DNA of 64,000 nucleotides, taken from Camelus dromedarius (Eukaryota). Each line of letters begins with the position of its first letter. The first letter of the stretch is position 1. The notes beneath the pieces were generated by a model that worked only from the letters and a program-made list of their open reading frames with translations, was not told where the DNA came from and searched no databases. The stretch lies in NCBI RefSeq assembly GCF_036321535.1, contig NC_087437.1:115632001-115696000 (forward strand), written 5' to 3'. A program made the translations under genes and the position numbers. Shown here one piece after another: positions 14,822 to 27,773 of the stretch.

Positions 14822-14984
14822 TAATTTTTTTTAACTTTTTTTAATTGAGTTATAGTCATTTTACAATGTTGTGTCAAATTCCAGTGTAGAGCACAATTTT
14901 TCAGTTATACATGAACATACATACATTCATTGTCACGTTCTCTTTCCCTGTGAGCCACCACAAGATTGTGTATACATTTCCCTG
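14822..14984 (-). mobile_element. Young 5'-truncated L1 3' end with 13-bp TSD
   Basis: Poly-T followed by an artiodactyl-type L1 3' UTR, flanked by TGAGTAGCTTCAT at 14809-14821 and 14985-14997. Confidence 0.9.
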
Positions 14985-15239
14985 TGAGTAGCTTCATAAT
15001 TTAAAAACCATTAGTGTTTTCTGAGACCTTTCTGTTATTCTACTGGATTATATTCAATAGTATTTCTGGAATTTTGATTCTGAGACCACCTTCATTGAGT
15101 AAATACTTAATGATCTGTGCTAGCTACTGGTGCTAAAGACACGGTCTTTGCCTTCCTAGCGCTTACAGTGACACAGTAAATAAACAAAACCTAATGTAAT
15201 AGAGCTGTTTGTTGAGTGGACTATATTAATTCAAGTAGG

Positions 15240-15595
15240 CCCAACTGATAACAGATCAGTAGACCCCCAAAATATGGTAGCTAAAGGAATAAAAGTACTC
15301 TTTTTTATGTAATAGTCCTGAATGGGTATTCAGGTTAGTGGTGTGGCTCTCCCCTACCGTCTTGTGACTGCTCGTCCCCGAGGGCCTAGTTGTCTGCTGC
15401 CACCAGCAGGCGAAGGACTTGGTAGGTATTTTAGGTGCCAGATCTGGCCATGACATAGGGACTTCCATTCATATTCCTTTGACTAAAACAGTCACATGGC
15501 CATGTCTTGTACAGGGGAGACTAGTATATGGAGTGCAGTCATGTGCTCAGGAAGAAGAATATGTTTTTTGAGGACAGCTAGTAGCCTCTGCTGCA
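15240..15595. mobile_element. Old MaLR (MLT1-type) LTR remnant
   Basis: cacatggccatgtcttgtacaggggagactag...gtgctcaggaagaagaa resembles old MLT1 subfamilies. Confidence 0.45.
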
Positions 15596-15865
15596 GAAGC
15601 TGGGGCAGCATTAGCCATGGTGACGAGGGGAGACTCTGGAACTGAAAGGGTGAGGAAGAAGCATCGAAGCAGAAATTAGAAATCAGAGCGTTCTAGGCAG
15701 AAGGGAACAGTAAGTACAAATACCCTGAGGCGTTTGAAAGATTTTGACCAGGTAGAGGAATGGAAGGAAGACCCTGTATAGTCGGAACCCAGGTGGCTGG
15801 AGGAAAAGGTTGGAGAGATGAGCATTGTACAGATTATGCAGATTGCACATGGGTTTGGGATTGTT

Positions 15866-17448
15866 CTGTTTATCCATTCATTCATTGGACGCTTAGGTTG
15901 TTTCCGTGTTTTGGCTATTGTAAATAATGCTGTAGTGAACATGGGGGTACATGTATCTTTTGAAGATAGTATTTTTGTTTTCTTCAGATAAATACCTAAA
16001 ACTAGGGTTGCTGGATATGGTCGTTTTGTTTTTAATTTTTTGATGAACCCCCGTACTGTTTTCCACAGTGGCTGCACCAGTTGATAATCCCACCAACAGT
16101 GAGAGTCCCTTTTCTCCACATCCTTGCCAACATTTGTTCTTTGTTGTCTTTTTGATAATAGCCATTCTAACAGGTGTGAGAGGATATCTTGTCATGGTTT
16201 TGATTTGCATTTGCCTGGTAATTAATAGTGTTGAACATCTTTTCTTGTACCTGTTGGCCATCTGTATGTCTTCTTTGAAATATGTCTATTCAGATCTGCT
16301 CATTTTTCAGTTGGGTTGTTTGGGTTTTTGCAGTTGAGTTTTATGAGCTCTTTATATATTTTGGATACTGGCCCCTTACCAGAGATACGATTTACAAATG
16401 TTTTCTCTGATTCAGTAGGTTGCCTTTTCATTTTGTTGGTTCCTTTGCTGTGCAGTAGTATTTTAGTATTATGTAGTCACATTTGTTTATTTTTGCTTTT
16501 GTTGCTTTTGCTTTGGTGTCAGATTCAAAAAATCATCACTAAGACCTGTGTCAAAGAGCTTATTACCACCTGTATTTTCTTCTAAGAGTTTTATGATTTC
16601 AGGTCTTAGGTTCAAGTCTTTAATCCATTTTGAGTTAATTTTGGGGTTTGATACCAGATAGTGGTTGAGTTTCATTCCTTTGTATGGCTGTCTGGTTTTC
16701 CCAGCACAGCTTGTTGAAGAGACTGTCCTTTCTTCATTGTATATTCTTGGTTCCTTTGTCATAAGTTAATTGACCATATATGCGTGGGTTTATTTCTGGG
16801 TTCTCTGTTCTGTTCCATAGATGTATGTGTCTGTTTTTATGCTATACTACACTGTTTTAGTGACTACAGCTCTGTATTATAGTTTGAAATCACAGAGCAT
16901 GATGCTTCCACCTTTGTTGTTCTTTCTCAAGATTGCTTTGGCTATTCAGTGGTTTTTTTGTGGATTACAAATTTTAGAATTATTTGTTCTCTATTTTTTT
17001 GAAAAAGACCACTGGAATTTTGCCATAGGGATTGCATTGAATCTGTAGATTGCTTTGGACATTTTAACAACATTGATTCTTGCCATCTGTGAGCATGGAC
17101 TATCTTTCCATTTATTTTGTCTTCTATTTCTTTTATTAGTGTCTTGTTTTCAATATACAGGTCTTTCACTTCCTTGGTTAAATTTATTTCTAGGTATTTT
17201 ATTCTTTTTGATGCCATTGTAAATGGGATTGTGTTCTTTATTTCTCTTTTTGATATTTCCTTATTAGTGTACAGAAATGCAGCAAATTTCTATTACTGAT
17301 TTCATACCCTGCAACCTTACTGAATTCATTTATTAGTTCTAACAGGTTTTTGATGGAGTCTTTATAATATCATGTCATCTGCAAATAGTGACCATTTTAC
17401 TTCTTCATTTCCAATTTGGATGCCTTTTATTCCCTTTTCTTGCCTAAC
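15866..17448 (-). mobile_element. L1 ORF2 C-terminal fragment (frameshifted), interrupting an L2
   Basis: Minus-strand ORFs give L1 ORF2p peptides [62 protein letters not shown] and [16 protein letters not shown]2-like purine-rich sequence flanks it at about 15600-15860 and 17500-17720. Confidence 0.95.
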
Positions 17449-17779
17449 TTGGATTTGTGCTTTTAAAAAAGAATTATTCTTCCTATTTGACAAGTGGTTT
17501 GGAAAAAGGCAAGGATGGAAGATGGGAGTTGATTGATTTAGGAGGCTGTTGTATTAGTCTGGGCAAGAGATGGTAGTGACCTCATCTAGGGTCAGGTTTT
17601 GGAGATGGAGAAGAGAGGCCAGACTGGGCTCTGGTTTGGAGGTGGCTTCAGTAGTGCTTGCTGGCTGTCTGAATGGAGGGATGGTTGCGCAGCTGGATGA
17701 GTAGTAGGGCTTTTATCAAAACAGGAAAGATGGAGAGGGGAGGGACTTTAGGGGGACAGCAAAGAATTCCTTTGGGACC

Positions 17780-17832
17780 CATCAGAAATATTTACGCTAT
17801 GGCCCTTTCCAGAAAAAGTTTGCTGACCCCTG
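17780..17832 (+). mobile_element. MER58 3' terminal fragment
   Basis: aaatatttacgctatggccctttccagaaaaagtttgctgacccctg matches the MER58/Cheshire terminus. Confidence 0.7.
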
Positions 17833-18078
17833 GCATAAGCAATGCTCCCAAGGAAAGAACGTGGCCAGTAAAATATATGAGCCTGTTTATGGGTATAACT
17901 TGCTGAAGATTTCATAGTAAAATGTTTTTCACTCTTGAACATGTTTGTGGAAGTTTGTGTTACAGAACTATCTAACACATTGAAGTTTCAGAAACCTCTA
18001 ATTAATGTAAATGCTAGTGTTGTAGTTTTTCATTGAAGTTTAAAACTTGGCAATGGTACTCTGAATAAATCCTTTTAA

Positions 18079-18714
<636 letters not shown>

Positions 18715-21480
18715 CTAAATTGAAACTTGAGTTTGTTTCTTGTGTGTTTTTATAGAAGTGGTGTTTTTTTTCCAAAAAACAAAGTGCAAAGCTGCTTGAA
18801 TCAGAAGGAGATTAACACACTGAACCGCTACAAGAGGGCAAAGCTGACTTTTTTTTTTTTTAACTTGAAAAGATTGCAAAGGGACAATGAAGTTTTTAAA
18901 AGAGCCATGTCCAAACCCATCTTCATGGATAGCTCAGAGGTGTCCTCTTTTTGCCTCCCCCATTTTAACCTGCCACATCCCAGTCATAGTGGGGTTTTTT
19001 GTCTTTCTGTTCCACAAAAGTTACTGTTCTGACATTGGTCTTGATCATTTGCCAACTAATTTTAAAATAAAAGGCACTGCACATAATTTGCATAAAGGGC
19101 CCCATGAGGGTGTTTTTTCCCCCCTTTTCGTTTTTCCTTTTTTTTTTTCTTCCCATTTTTGTTTTGTTTTTGTTTTGTTTCGGGTGGGGGGTGGGACATT
19201 TGGGTTTTTAAGTCCTCCAAACACACTTGGGCACGGAAACGCAGTCCTGTCAGGAAGAGGGACCTCCAGCTCACACAGCATCCATCACCTTCAGCTGTAT
19301 GGAAGGGACGGTGGTGTTGGCGTTTGTAAGGCACAGTAAGCATGCTAAGTGGCGGGATCAGAACTCTCCTGTCTGAACCTACTGAGGAGCAAAGCAGCGG
19401 TTCCCTGGGATCCTGGGGGCCTCCCGTTGTCGGGGCCGCAGTGAGATAGGAGTGGAACGTGACTGGTCTCCTAGCCAAGGTGCACTGAGAAGCAATCAAC
19501 GGGTCAGTCGTGGCCAGTCCTGGGGAGGTCTGAGTGGTGGTCTTTGGGATAACCTTTGGCCTTATGGATTTGGACTCGAAATTAGAAGAGCCTACCATTT
19601 CAGATGCAATCACTTTGGGACATGCTTTTGCAGACAGTCCTTAATGCTGAAAACACAGAGAATGGGTAATTCAAGAGGCCTTTCTTTTAAAATAGACTTT
19701 TGTGACCCACTAATTGTAAGGTATTGCAAGGTCACTTTGCGTGTGTCATAAAGTTGACTTCCTTATTGGTTGAAGGTCACAGAAGTAGTGGTTTGCTTTG
19801 ATGGAAATAGCTACAGCTGTGTCCCTTCCTGCTTTTTACTTTTTCTTTTGCTTTTTCTCGGCACGTGGTATCTCCACCATTTCTTCTGCACAAAGATGTC
19901 TTCTGTTCATCCTGAACATTTTTAAAAAATGCAGAATTTTATGTGACTGCTTTTTTGCCTCACAATTATGCTGTGAATTTTACAAAAATTTATTTTCTTT
20001 TTTGATAATTTATTGTACCAAAGCTGTTTTTATAGCACATAGATGTCTGTAACCAATAATGTAGCAGTTCTGCACTTTGACACAAGGTGTAACTAGACCA
20101 TTTTTAAATGTCAGTTGAAAAATTATGGCTGTACTATTGCTTAAACAAAACTGGAACTGTTGTTGAATCCATAGCCAATACATTTACAGCAATCTGTGTA
20201 CTGAACATAATAGATTGACATCTAATTCAAGATTACAACATCTGTTACATCCTAAATGTGTTCAGGCTTCTGAAGGTAAAGGGACACTGGATCCAGAAGC
20301 TATGGAACCAGCAGTTGATTCTTGTATTCCTGATTAACCTACTTGTAAACTTGAACGCGAGACCTTGATTGCACCAACAGGTCCAAAATACGAGCACGAG
20401 TAAAGCAGAACTCTCACGTGCGACCTGAAGTGAACAGGCTGGTGTTTAACAGGTGCCTAGTTTTGAGATTATGCTGCCTTAATGTAACACAGTCTGGCAG
20501 TTGCTAAATTTGTGTTCCCATTTCAAATTGACCAATTTTACGGTGTTATACTTTTGAGCGGTTGAATTGGGAGAATGAAGATAAGGAATTTACCTGTCCA
20601 GGATCAAAGAAGCCTAGAAAAGAAGCAGTAATCTACCTCTGCCGATAACCCTGTTCAAAACAACTCAGCAGAACACCACATTACTTTTTATTGGTCAATT
20701 CCATGTGGCTGACTAGGTCAGCTTTTTCTGAACAAAAAGCAGGTTTTTATATGTAAACAGTGACAAAAGAAAGGCTTAAAACTATGTGAATGTGAATGGA
20801 AACTTGGGAATATCCGTTTTTATAAACCACAAAAAATTTTTTGTTGTTAATCAGGAAATCCATATTTATTTTGTAATTAAATGTCAAGCCTGTGGATGAT
20901 TCTTGAACTTGGTAGTTCATGAAGGTTTACAGTGAATAAAAGGATACCATCTTGAGTCCAGCAATATCGAAAGGGATTCAGTAGTTACTGCTGTTGAGGA
21001 ATTGAGGTGAAGGAAGACACATGGGTCAGGTCATTTTTTTCTGTGCTGGTTGCCACATCTTAGCAAGCACCAAAAACAAAACAAAAAAACAAAAAAAACA
21101 AAAACGAAAGCAGTTTTAAACCGCTATTTACATAAAGGAAGTCATAAAATCCAATGCTTCTGCATACTGTGTTATGTTACAGTCCAGTTTTGTGTGCTTT
21201 ACTACACGGTTTGGTTACAGGACTTCTGTGCATTGTAAACATAAACAGCATGGAAAAGGTTAAATACCTGTGTGCAGATTGTAAGATCTGGTCCGGACTT
21301 GCTGTGTATATTGTAACGTTAAATGAAAAAGAACCCCCCTTTGTATTATAGTCATGCGGTCTTATGTATGATAAACAGTTGAATAATTTGTCCTCAGACT
21401 CTTTACTATGCTTTTTTAAAATTAATTTAAGAAAAATGTAAACATAGTAAAAATCTTCCTATGCAATCAACCTGGTCCAG
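18715..21480 (+). other. DYRK1A: DYRK1A 3' UTR (3' end approximate)
   Basis: Non-repetitive, U-rich sequence after the stop codon. Poly(A) signal candidates are AATAAA 19066-19071, AATAAA 20935-20940 and AGTAAA 21446-21451. The actual cleavage sites cannot be determined from sequence. Confidence 0.75.
20284..20291 (+). promoter_or_regulatory. miR-199-5p 8mer site (ACACTGGA) in DYRK1A 3' UTR
   Basis: Exact 8mer complement to the miR-199a/b-5p seed. Repression of Dyrk1a by miR-199b is established in cardiac calcineurin/NFAT signalling. Confidence 0.7.
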
Positions 21481-24469
21481 GTATGGTCTGGTAGGTATAC
21501 TGAGTGCGAGTTCAGTCAAATGTATAAAAAGGAAAATAGTAGTTAATCGACACAGACTCAGAAATCTTGGGAAGTGAAAATTGGAGGTGAAACAGACCAT
21601 GTTTTACTTTTTAAAATTGATTCTTTATGTGAACGATTACCATATTCACAGTTCCTCTCTGATTCAAAGTGCTGATAGCTCTTGGTGTTCAGGACGAATG
21701 TGAGAGTTGGATGGTTTTCTCTAGGCCTTGACCTGCTTGGAAGCGAGAGGAAATACAAGTACTATTGTTCCTCTTTCCCTGGATCCTTGTGTGGGGGCCT
21801 GTCAGGGACTTTCTTGTATAAAGTCTAGAATTCCTGCCACAGTGAACTAATCCTAACCTAAAGTCTCCTCTTTTTTATGAATTAACCTGAGTAAGTATAT
21901 ATTAAGGTGGCTTTCAGAAGGCAAAAAACTTATACCTTAAAAATAAAAGTTAAATGTGATTCTGTTAAGTTCAAGTTGGCTATGTAAAGTTACACTTCCC
22001 GCACATATGAAAGGAAAACTTCCTTTAGATTTTTCTTAGGGCCATGAGCATTTTAATTACTTAGATTAAGTGGCACATTTTGTATGATATTGGACTCCAA
22101 GAAAACCTAGGCGTATTTTTCTTTAATGAACGTTAGAATTACACGTGAAAAATCATTACGGGTGCAAATAATTACAAGGCCCGCAGGACAACTGTTGTGT
22201 TTGCCATTGTTCCCTCTTCCATCCAGGTCCTGTGTTGTTAAAACTTATTGTTAGAATAAGTCCTGTAATCAGGAAACACATACAGTGATGAGGCAGCAAA
22301 AGCTGAATTTCTTCTAGGCCAGTTTCCCAGTTTCTCCTTTGGCCTTGGTTTTGTTAGCTCTCAGAATACAAATTCAGTACTCGTTTTTATATCCATTTTT
22401 GTAGTGGTGACCAAAGTTAGTAGATCAGACGGTTCATTCCAGATACAGAACTTAGTCTTAGTGCCATGTTTAAAAAAGATTTGAAATTTTAAGATTAAGG
22501 TTGGGGGAAGAACCAACTCTGGTATGCTGAGACTGCGTTCCGGTTCCCTGGTATCCTTGGGGTGGCTGAGGACACGACGCTGGGAGGCACTTGGTGTTGG
22601 GAAGAGCAGCGTGGAGGCCCTCATTTTCTTAACCACAGATCTCCTTCCCTAGACTTGTTTCCTGGGTTGAAAACTTGTACCATGTAATTTTTAGTACAAA
22701 GAACAAGAGAAGAAATCCTGCGAAGTGAGCTTATTTTATTCTCTGTCGTCCCTCATAATACACAGAAGTACCGCGTCCGCGCGTCCATTGGGCCGTCCCG
22801 GGGATGGCGCCCGGGCTTCCCCTCCACTAGGCCTTTCTGCGTATCCCTGTGTTTAAAGGATTCGTTACCTTTTGTGGAAGACGGACTCGGTACGGTAAGT
22901 GGTCCAGCGGTTTGTGTGTGTGTCTTTCTCTTTGGCATTACATACAGCCAAGGTCCCCGATTTCGGCTGTTCGCAGCAGACCATGGTGGGAGAGCCAGGG
23001 TATTCTTGCATCGTAACTTTCTGGGATAGCATTCGCCTTAACAAGGAGAGCCCAAGGTGTTTGTCATCAATTTTTTCCAATTTCTTACCTTAAATTTTCA
23101 AAGACCTCCTCCCCCCAAATATTTCTCTAGCTGGAACACTGATTTAAACACGTAACAAGTAGCTAGGTAGAGGCCCACAGGTTTTAGCGCCAACTTACTT
23201 ACCTGAAGACACAGGGATTTTTTTGTTTCTTTTCTGTAACTTCACACCTTGAAAATACGACCTTTAATGAGAAAGTTGGAGGTTGGGAAAGACTAAGTTT
23301 CCGTTGGGACACACCGTGAGTTCCCCGCCACCCACAGCCGGCCTGGCCTGGGGATGTTGCCCCGGAGCAGTGAGGAGGGAAAGACAAGGCTTCAACTTGC
23401 TTCCTTTTTGCTCTAACCGTTTATCGCTGTCCATTCTCAACTGGGTTCTGAAGGAGCAGAGTACTGGAGCAGGAATCTTGTTTAGTAAAGTGCATTTTGA
23501 ATGTGGTCTAGGGAAAATGGTGGCAAAGCTCCTAGTGAAAGATGGAGGAAATGGGGCCACCAGTGGGTGCACCCTCGTTCACGGTGGCAGGTGGCAGCCT
23601 TGAGTGATGCTGGTGTGGGCGTGTTCAGCTGCGTGTTCTCAGATCCAGAAAGATATTCAAGAGTTTTTCAGGTTGCGACGTGTAGAAAGGCCATGTAGAA
23701 ATTACATTTTGTCTCTTTTGAGGACCATAGTTTGATTATCTCTACAACTAAATATTTTAAATTGCTACTTTGGGGATTTTTTTTGGCTTTTATTTTATTT
23801 TTGTGAATACTACTCTTCATATTTACTCATTAATCACTGTAATTGCCTGAGTTCTTTAGCTGAAGCTGCAGTAAAAGGGGAAGATTCAGACCCAAAGGGA
23901 AAAAAGCCAGGCAGAGGCAGGCCCTGGGGGTGCAGTGAAGCCAGCCTAACAGCTGGGAAGGGGCTGGGGCCTTACTGCCTCGGCAGGAGGTGAGAGGGCT
24001 GAGCCCTACCCCCAGGGGGGAGGGTAGTGGTCTGCCAAAAAGGAACAGCTTTCACCAGTGGAAAGTGTTGAATTGGATTTTTAGAGCCCAGCGTGCTGAA
24101 TTGGTGAGTGACTGAAGTGACTCACATAGAAATGAATAGTGGACTGGGTGGGGATGGGGCTTGTCGGCTCCCTTGAAACTAAGGTGACTTCTGCTGGTGT
24201 CAGAGGGTTGTTTATATTTTTAAAGACCTGAAGCATAATCAGTGACATAGTGACCCTAAGGAGGACGTCTGTCTGCGCATGCCCGGCCGGTCCAGTCTGC
24301 TGGGGAGGTGACCAGGCAGAAGCACCCGAGGCGGGGAAGCGGTTGTCTGCAGGCTCCTCTCCACTTTGTTGCCCAGCAAATCAGTAAGCAGGATCTAGGG
24401 AAAAAACAGTGATCTGGGTGAACTCCAGGTTAGCTTACCAAACCGCTAGGCCAGTGCTCGTGAACTTAA

Positions 24470-24648
24470 AGCAGCAATTCCAACCTTGCTGCACGTCAGA
24501 CTTGCTTGTAGAACTTCATAAAGCACAGCTGTGCTGACCCCTGTCCCAGAACCTGTGATGCAGAGACCTGCAAGCGGGGCCTGGACATCCGTTTGTAAGC
24601 AGCTACGCAGGTGATCGTGCGCCCGCAGCCAGCAGTGACTCAGCACGG
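24470..24648. mobile_element. MER5A-like hAT MITE
   Basis: gctgcacgtcagacttgcttgtagaactt...ggggcctggacatccgtttgtaagcagctacgcaggtgatc resembles MER5A. Confidence 0.6.
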
Positions 24649-25084
24649 AGGTGTGCGTGGCTAATCCGACAAGCCTGAATTGAACGTTTTAAAATGTAGT
24701 TTCATTATAGAAGTTTATTTAATTAAATATATCAATGAGTAATTAAAATTCACAACTTAGCCTGCATTATAAAATATGATCAACAAGCCTCCAAGAAAGG
24801 CAGAAGTTAGCAGATATGTATAAAACTTCCACAGTTTGTTTCTTGTCACCTTCCCTTTTGGAAGTGGCTTGATGTGACATCCTGTCAGTGGCTCTCAGGT
24901 GTCCCATGAGACTGGCCCTTGTTAAGTTTACCCCGGTGGTGGGGCTGGGCCGCGCTGCTTCCCGTCTCAGCCTCGCGTGGTCTCGTGGGACCAGCGGAGG
25001 GTGGCCCCGCGCATCAGCCACCCACTCTGGGCTGATGTTCAGGAAGCCCCGGGGTGCAGCCGCCGCCGTGTTCAGCTCTACGGT

Positions 25085-25272
25085 CCGTTCAAATCCTTGC
25101 ACTTACCCTGGGCAAATGGCTTTACTTCTCTAAACCTCCCTGTACTTTTTTTTTTTTTTTTTTTTTTTTTGGTAAAATGGGAATAACTGTCAGATCCACT
25201 GTGGGGCTGTGTGCAGGCTTCCCTGAGATAATGTACATGCGACCCTTGGCGCAATATAAGAAACGTTCAATA
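25085..25272 (+). mobile_element. MIR containing an expanded T25 tract (25146-25170)
   Basis: Sequence runs gttcaaatcct...gggcaaatggctttacttctctaaacctc, then the T tract, then gtaaaatgggaataac...tgagataatgtacat. Confidence 0.75.
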
Positions 25273-26859
25273 ACCAGAGAGCTGGAGTCCACAGCATGCT
25301 TGAGCCTGCCTTTTCTATATGAATGTAGCAAACGCCCTGTGGGAAACTAGGTGAGTACTGTTCTCCATGAACGATTGAATGGGATTATTTTCCAGTTTAC
25401 TTTCATTTCTGGAGTCTTAGCTGGATCATGCTCCTTGACTGCTTGATTTTGCTCCTGCACGGCACCTACCTACCTACATCTGTTTTAGAATTTTGAGGTT
25501 GTGTGTTTTGTAGTTTGCGTCAATGTAATGTTTGTTACTTAAATGTTTTATAAAGGATTTTCCTCTCTAACTTCAAGGAGGCTGTTTGGAGGCGTAACTA
25601 GGGAAAGGACCCATTTTTTAACAAGCACTGTCATCCGACCTGGTCATCATGTTTCCAGTGGCCTCCCTCCTAGTCCCTTTTCCCACTTGAAGGCGTAGCT
25701 TACATTTTTAGCCTTCAGAGATTTGACTTAGATCAGGCAGAAAACAAGATAAGTAAAAAACCAGTTCCCAAGTTCATAAACAGTGATAGAACACGGGGAG
25801 CTTTCAGAACCTAATTGGTTATAACCTACATTTCAAAAGCATTAAGGGGCCAGCTGCGGCTGTTCTTATTTTTATTTAATTTCCTTTGTTCATATGTTAG
25901 GAGACTCAGTACCTCCACCAGCTGGGGGCCCCTCAATGTGACCCCTTCTCTTTATTCCTAAGATATCCTCCCTTCCTTAGAGCAAGCATGGGGACAGATG
26001 TCTCAGGGCAGGAAGTCTGTTCATGTGCATGAATGTAAGTCCTGGGCTGGAGCTGCGTGGAGCTCCTAAGGGACCTCACCTGCTCCCCTGACGGAGCTCA
26101 AGGTGTCTGGGGAGACAGAGTGCCTGTGATCCTCAAATTCAAATACAGCAGACAGCCTTCTAGCTGCAAACCAAACTGGGCTGCATTTGTGCCTCTTAAC
26201 ATCTCCTCGTGTTTTCCCTGACCTGCTGGCACAGCTCTGGGCACGAAGGCCTGCCCTGCCCACCTCGGTGCACAGTAGAATGCGGGTGAACGTCCCGTGG
26301 TCGGGGGTCAAGACAAACACTGCCATGAGCCCGAGAGCTGAGGGCTCACACAGCATTCTCACCACCTCTCTGACTCGGGACGACTTTACCCAGGTCCTCC
26401 CTGCGCAGGGATGCGGCGCTGGTGAGACCTGGACGCCCTTTTGAAGGCCCCTCCTGCCCATGTGTGATGGCGATGACTTCACATCTGCAGTGGCCCAGGA
26501 GGAGTCAAGTTGGGAACCTGTCCTGGGAGGCCTCCCACATAGGTGGTCACCGTGGTCCGTCCCCCCCTGCTCAGTTTGCTCTGCGAGGAGTGCTCTGCCC
26601 TGGCAGTGATCAGAGAAAAGGAGCGAAGGAGAGACGCCCCCTCACCGTCCGGATTTAAACAGTGAACTTGACATACCTCCCCTGCTTCCTGCAGAAGACA
26701 CTCCAAATCAAAGTAGGCAATTGACACTAAGCCCAGGAACAGTTTATAGATGGCAAGTCCTACTCCGAAGAAAAACAATGTCTTATTAGCTGGGGTGGCG
26801 AGGGGGCAGTTGACATCAGGACTGCATGAGAGAAGTTGTGACCACCTGTCCTGTGCAAG

Positions 26860-27530
26860 GCACCTGGCTGTGCCCTGGGGGTGACAGCAGCAAGGATGTC
26901 ACTGTTTGTCCACAGGGGTGGCACAGCCAGCCAACAACTCCAGCTGGACCAAGTGTATAAGAATCGGGGCGTGAACAGGGACCTACTCTGGTCCAGGAGC
27001 TGGAGGGTGTGTCCCTGAGGAATCGGGGTTTAGGCTGATTTCTGCTGGGTGAATGGGAGTTACCAGGTGGTGGTGGGAATGTTCTAGAATCTCAGAGAAG
27101 GAAGGAGGATGTTCAAAGCCCGATGTGATGAGGATGTGAGAGGCCTTGCAAGTAGCTGTCTCTAAGTGGGTAGAGTCCAGAGCTGCGCAGGAAGGAGAGC
27201 CATGGTCCTTGGGGGTGGAGGGGAGGGGTGGGTGCTGAGAGGGAGATGCGTGGAGGGAGGCAGTTGGAGTGGCTCGGCGGAGGTAGTGCTGGTACCCGGA
27301 GGGGCAGTGTCTAAGGTCCAGCAGTCATGCCATGTAGTCGGTGTGCAGTTTAGGACTGAGCACTAGGGGTTTACGGACAGGACATTAACGTGGAGATGTC
27401 AAGGAGGTGCTTTAATGTAAAAGAATGGATTGAAGGGGGAAAGTCAGGCCTGGGATGGGAGATGTCGGTTCTTCTCCTGCGAGCAGGTGATGGTGACTGA
27501 GACAATGTTAAAGGGAGATGGGAGGAGAGC
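26860..27530 (-). mobile_element. Degenerate L2 fragments
   Basis: Purine-rich reversed L2-like motifs such as ggaaggaggatgttcaaagccc and gtggagatgtcaaggaggtgc. Confidence 0.5.
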
Positions 27531-27614
27531 CTGGGCACTTTGATAAGAGAACAGCCCCATGCCTGCCTTGACCCTTCAGATGATTTAGGCCCACCAGAGG
27601 GACAGAGAGCACCT

Positions 27615-27773
27615 GGTGCCTGGCCACTCGGCGAAGTCTGGGGACGGCAGCATCGGCATCACCGCCCGTTAGAAACGCAGACTCTCAGGCCGGGCCCAGA
27701 CCTCCTCCGAGCCTGCGGCTTAACCAGGCCTTCAGGTAATTCACACGCACGTTCAAGTTTGAGAATCACTGGC
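27615..27773. mobile_element. MER5A-like hAT MITE
   Basis: cagcatcggcatcacc...gttagaaacgcagactctcaggcc...caagtttgagaatcactg matches MER5A. Confidence 0.8.
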
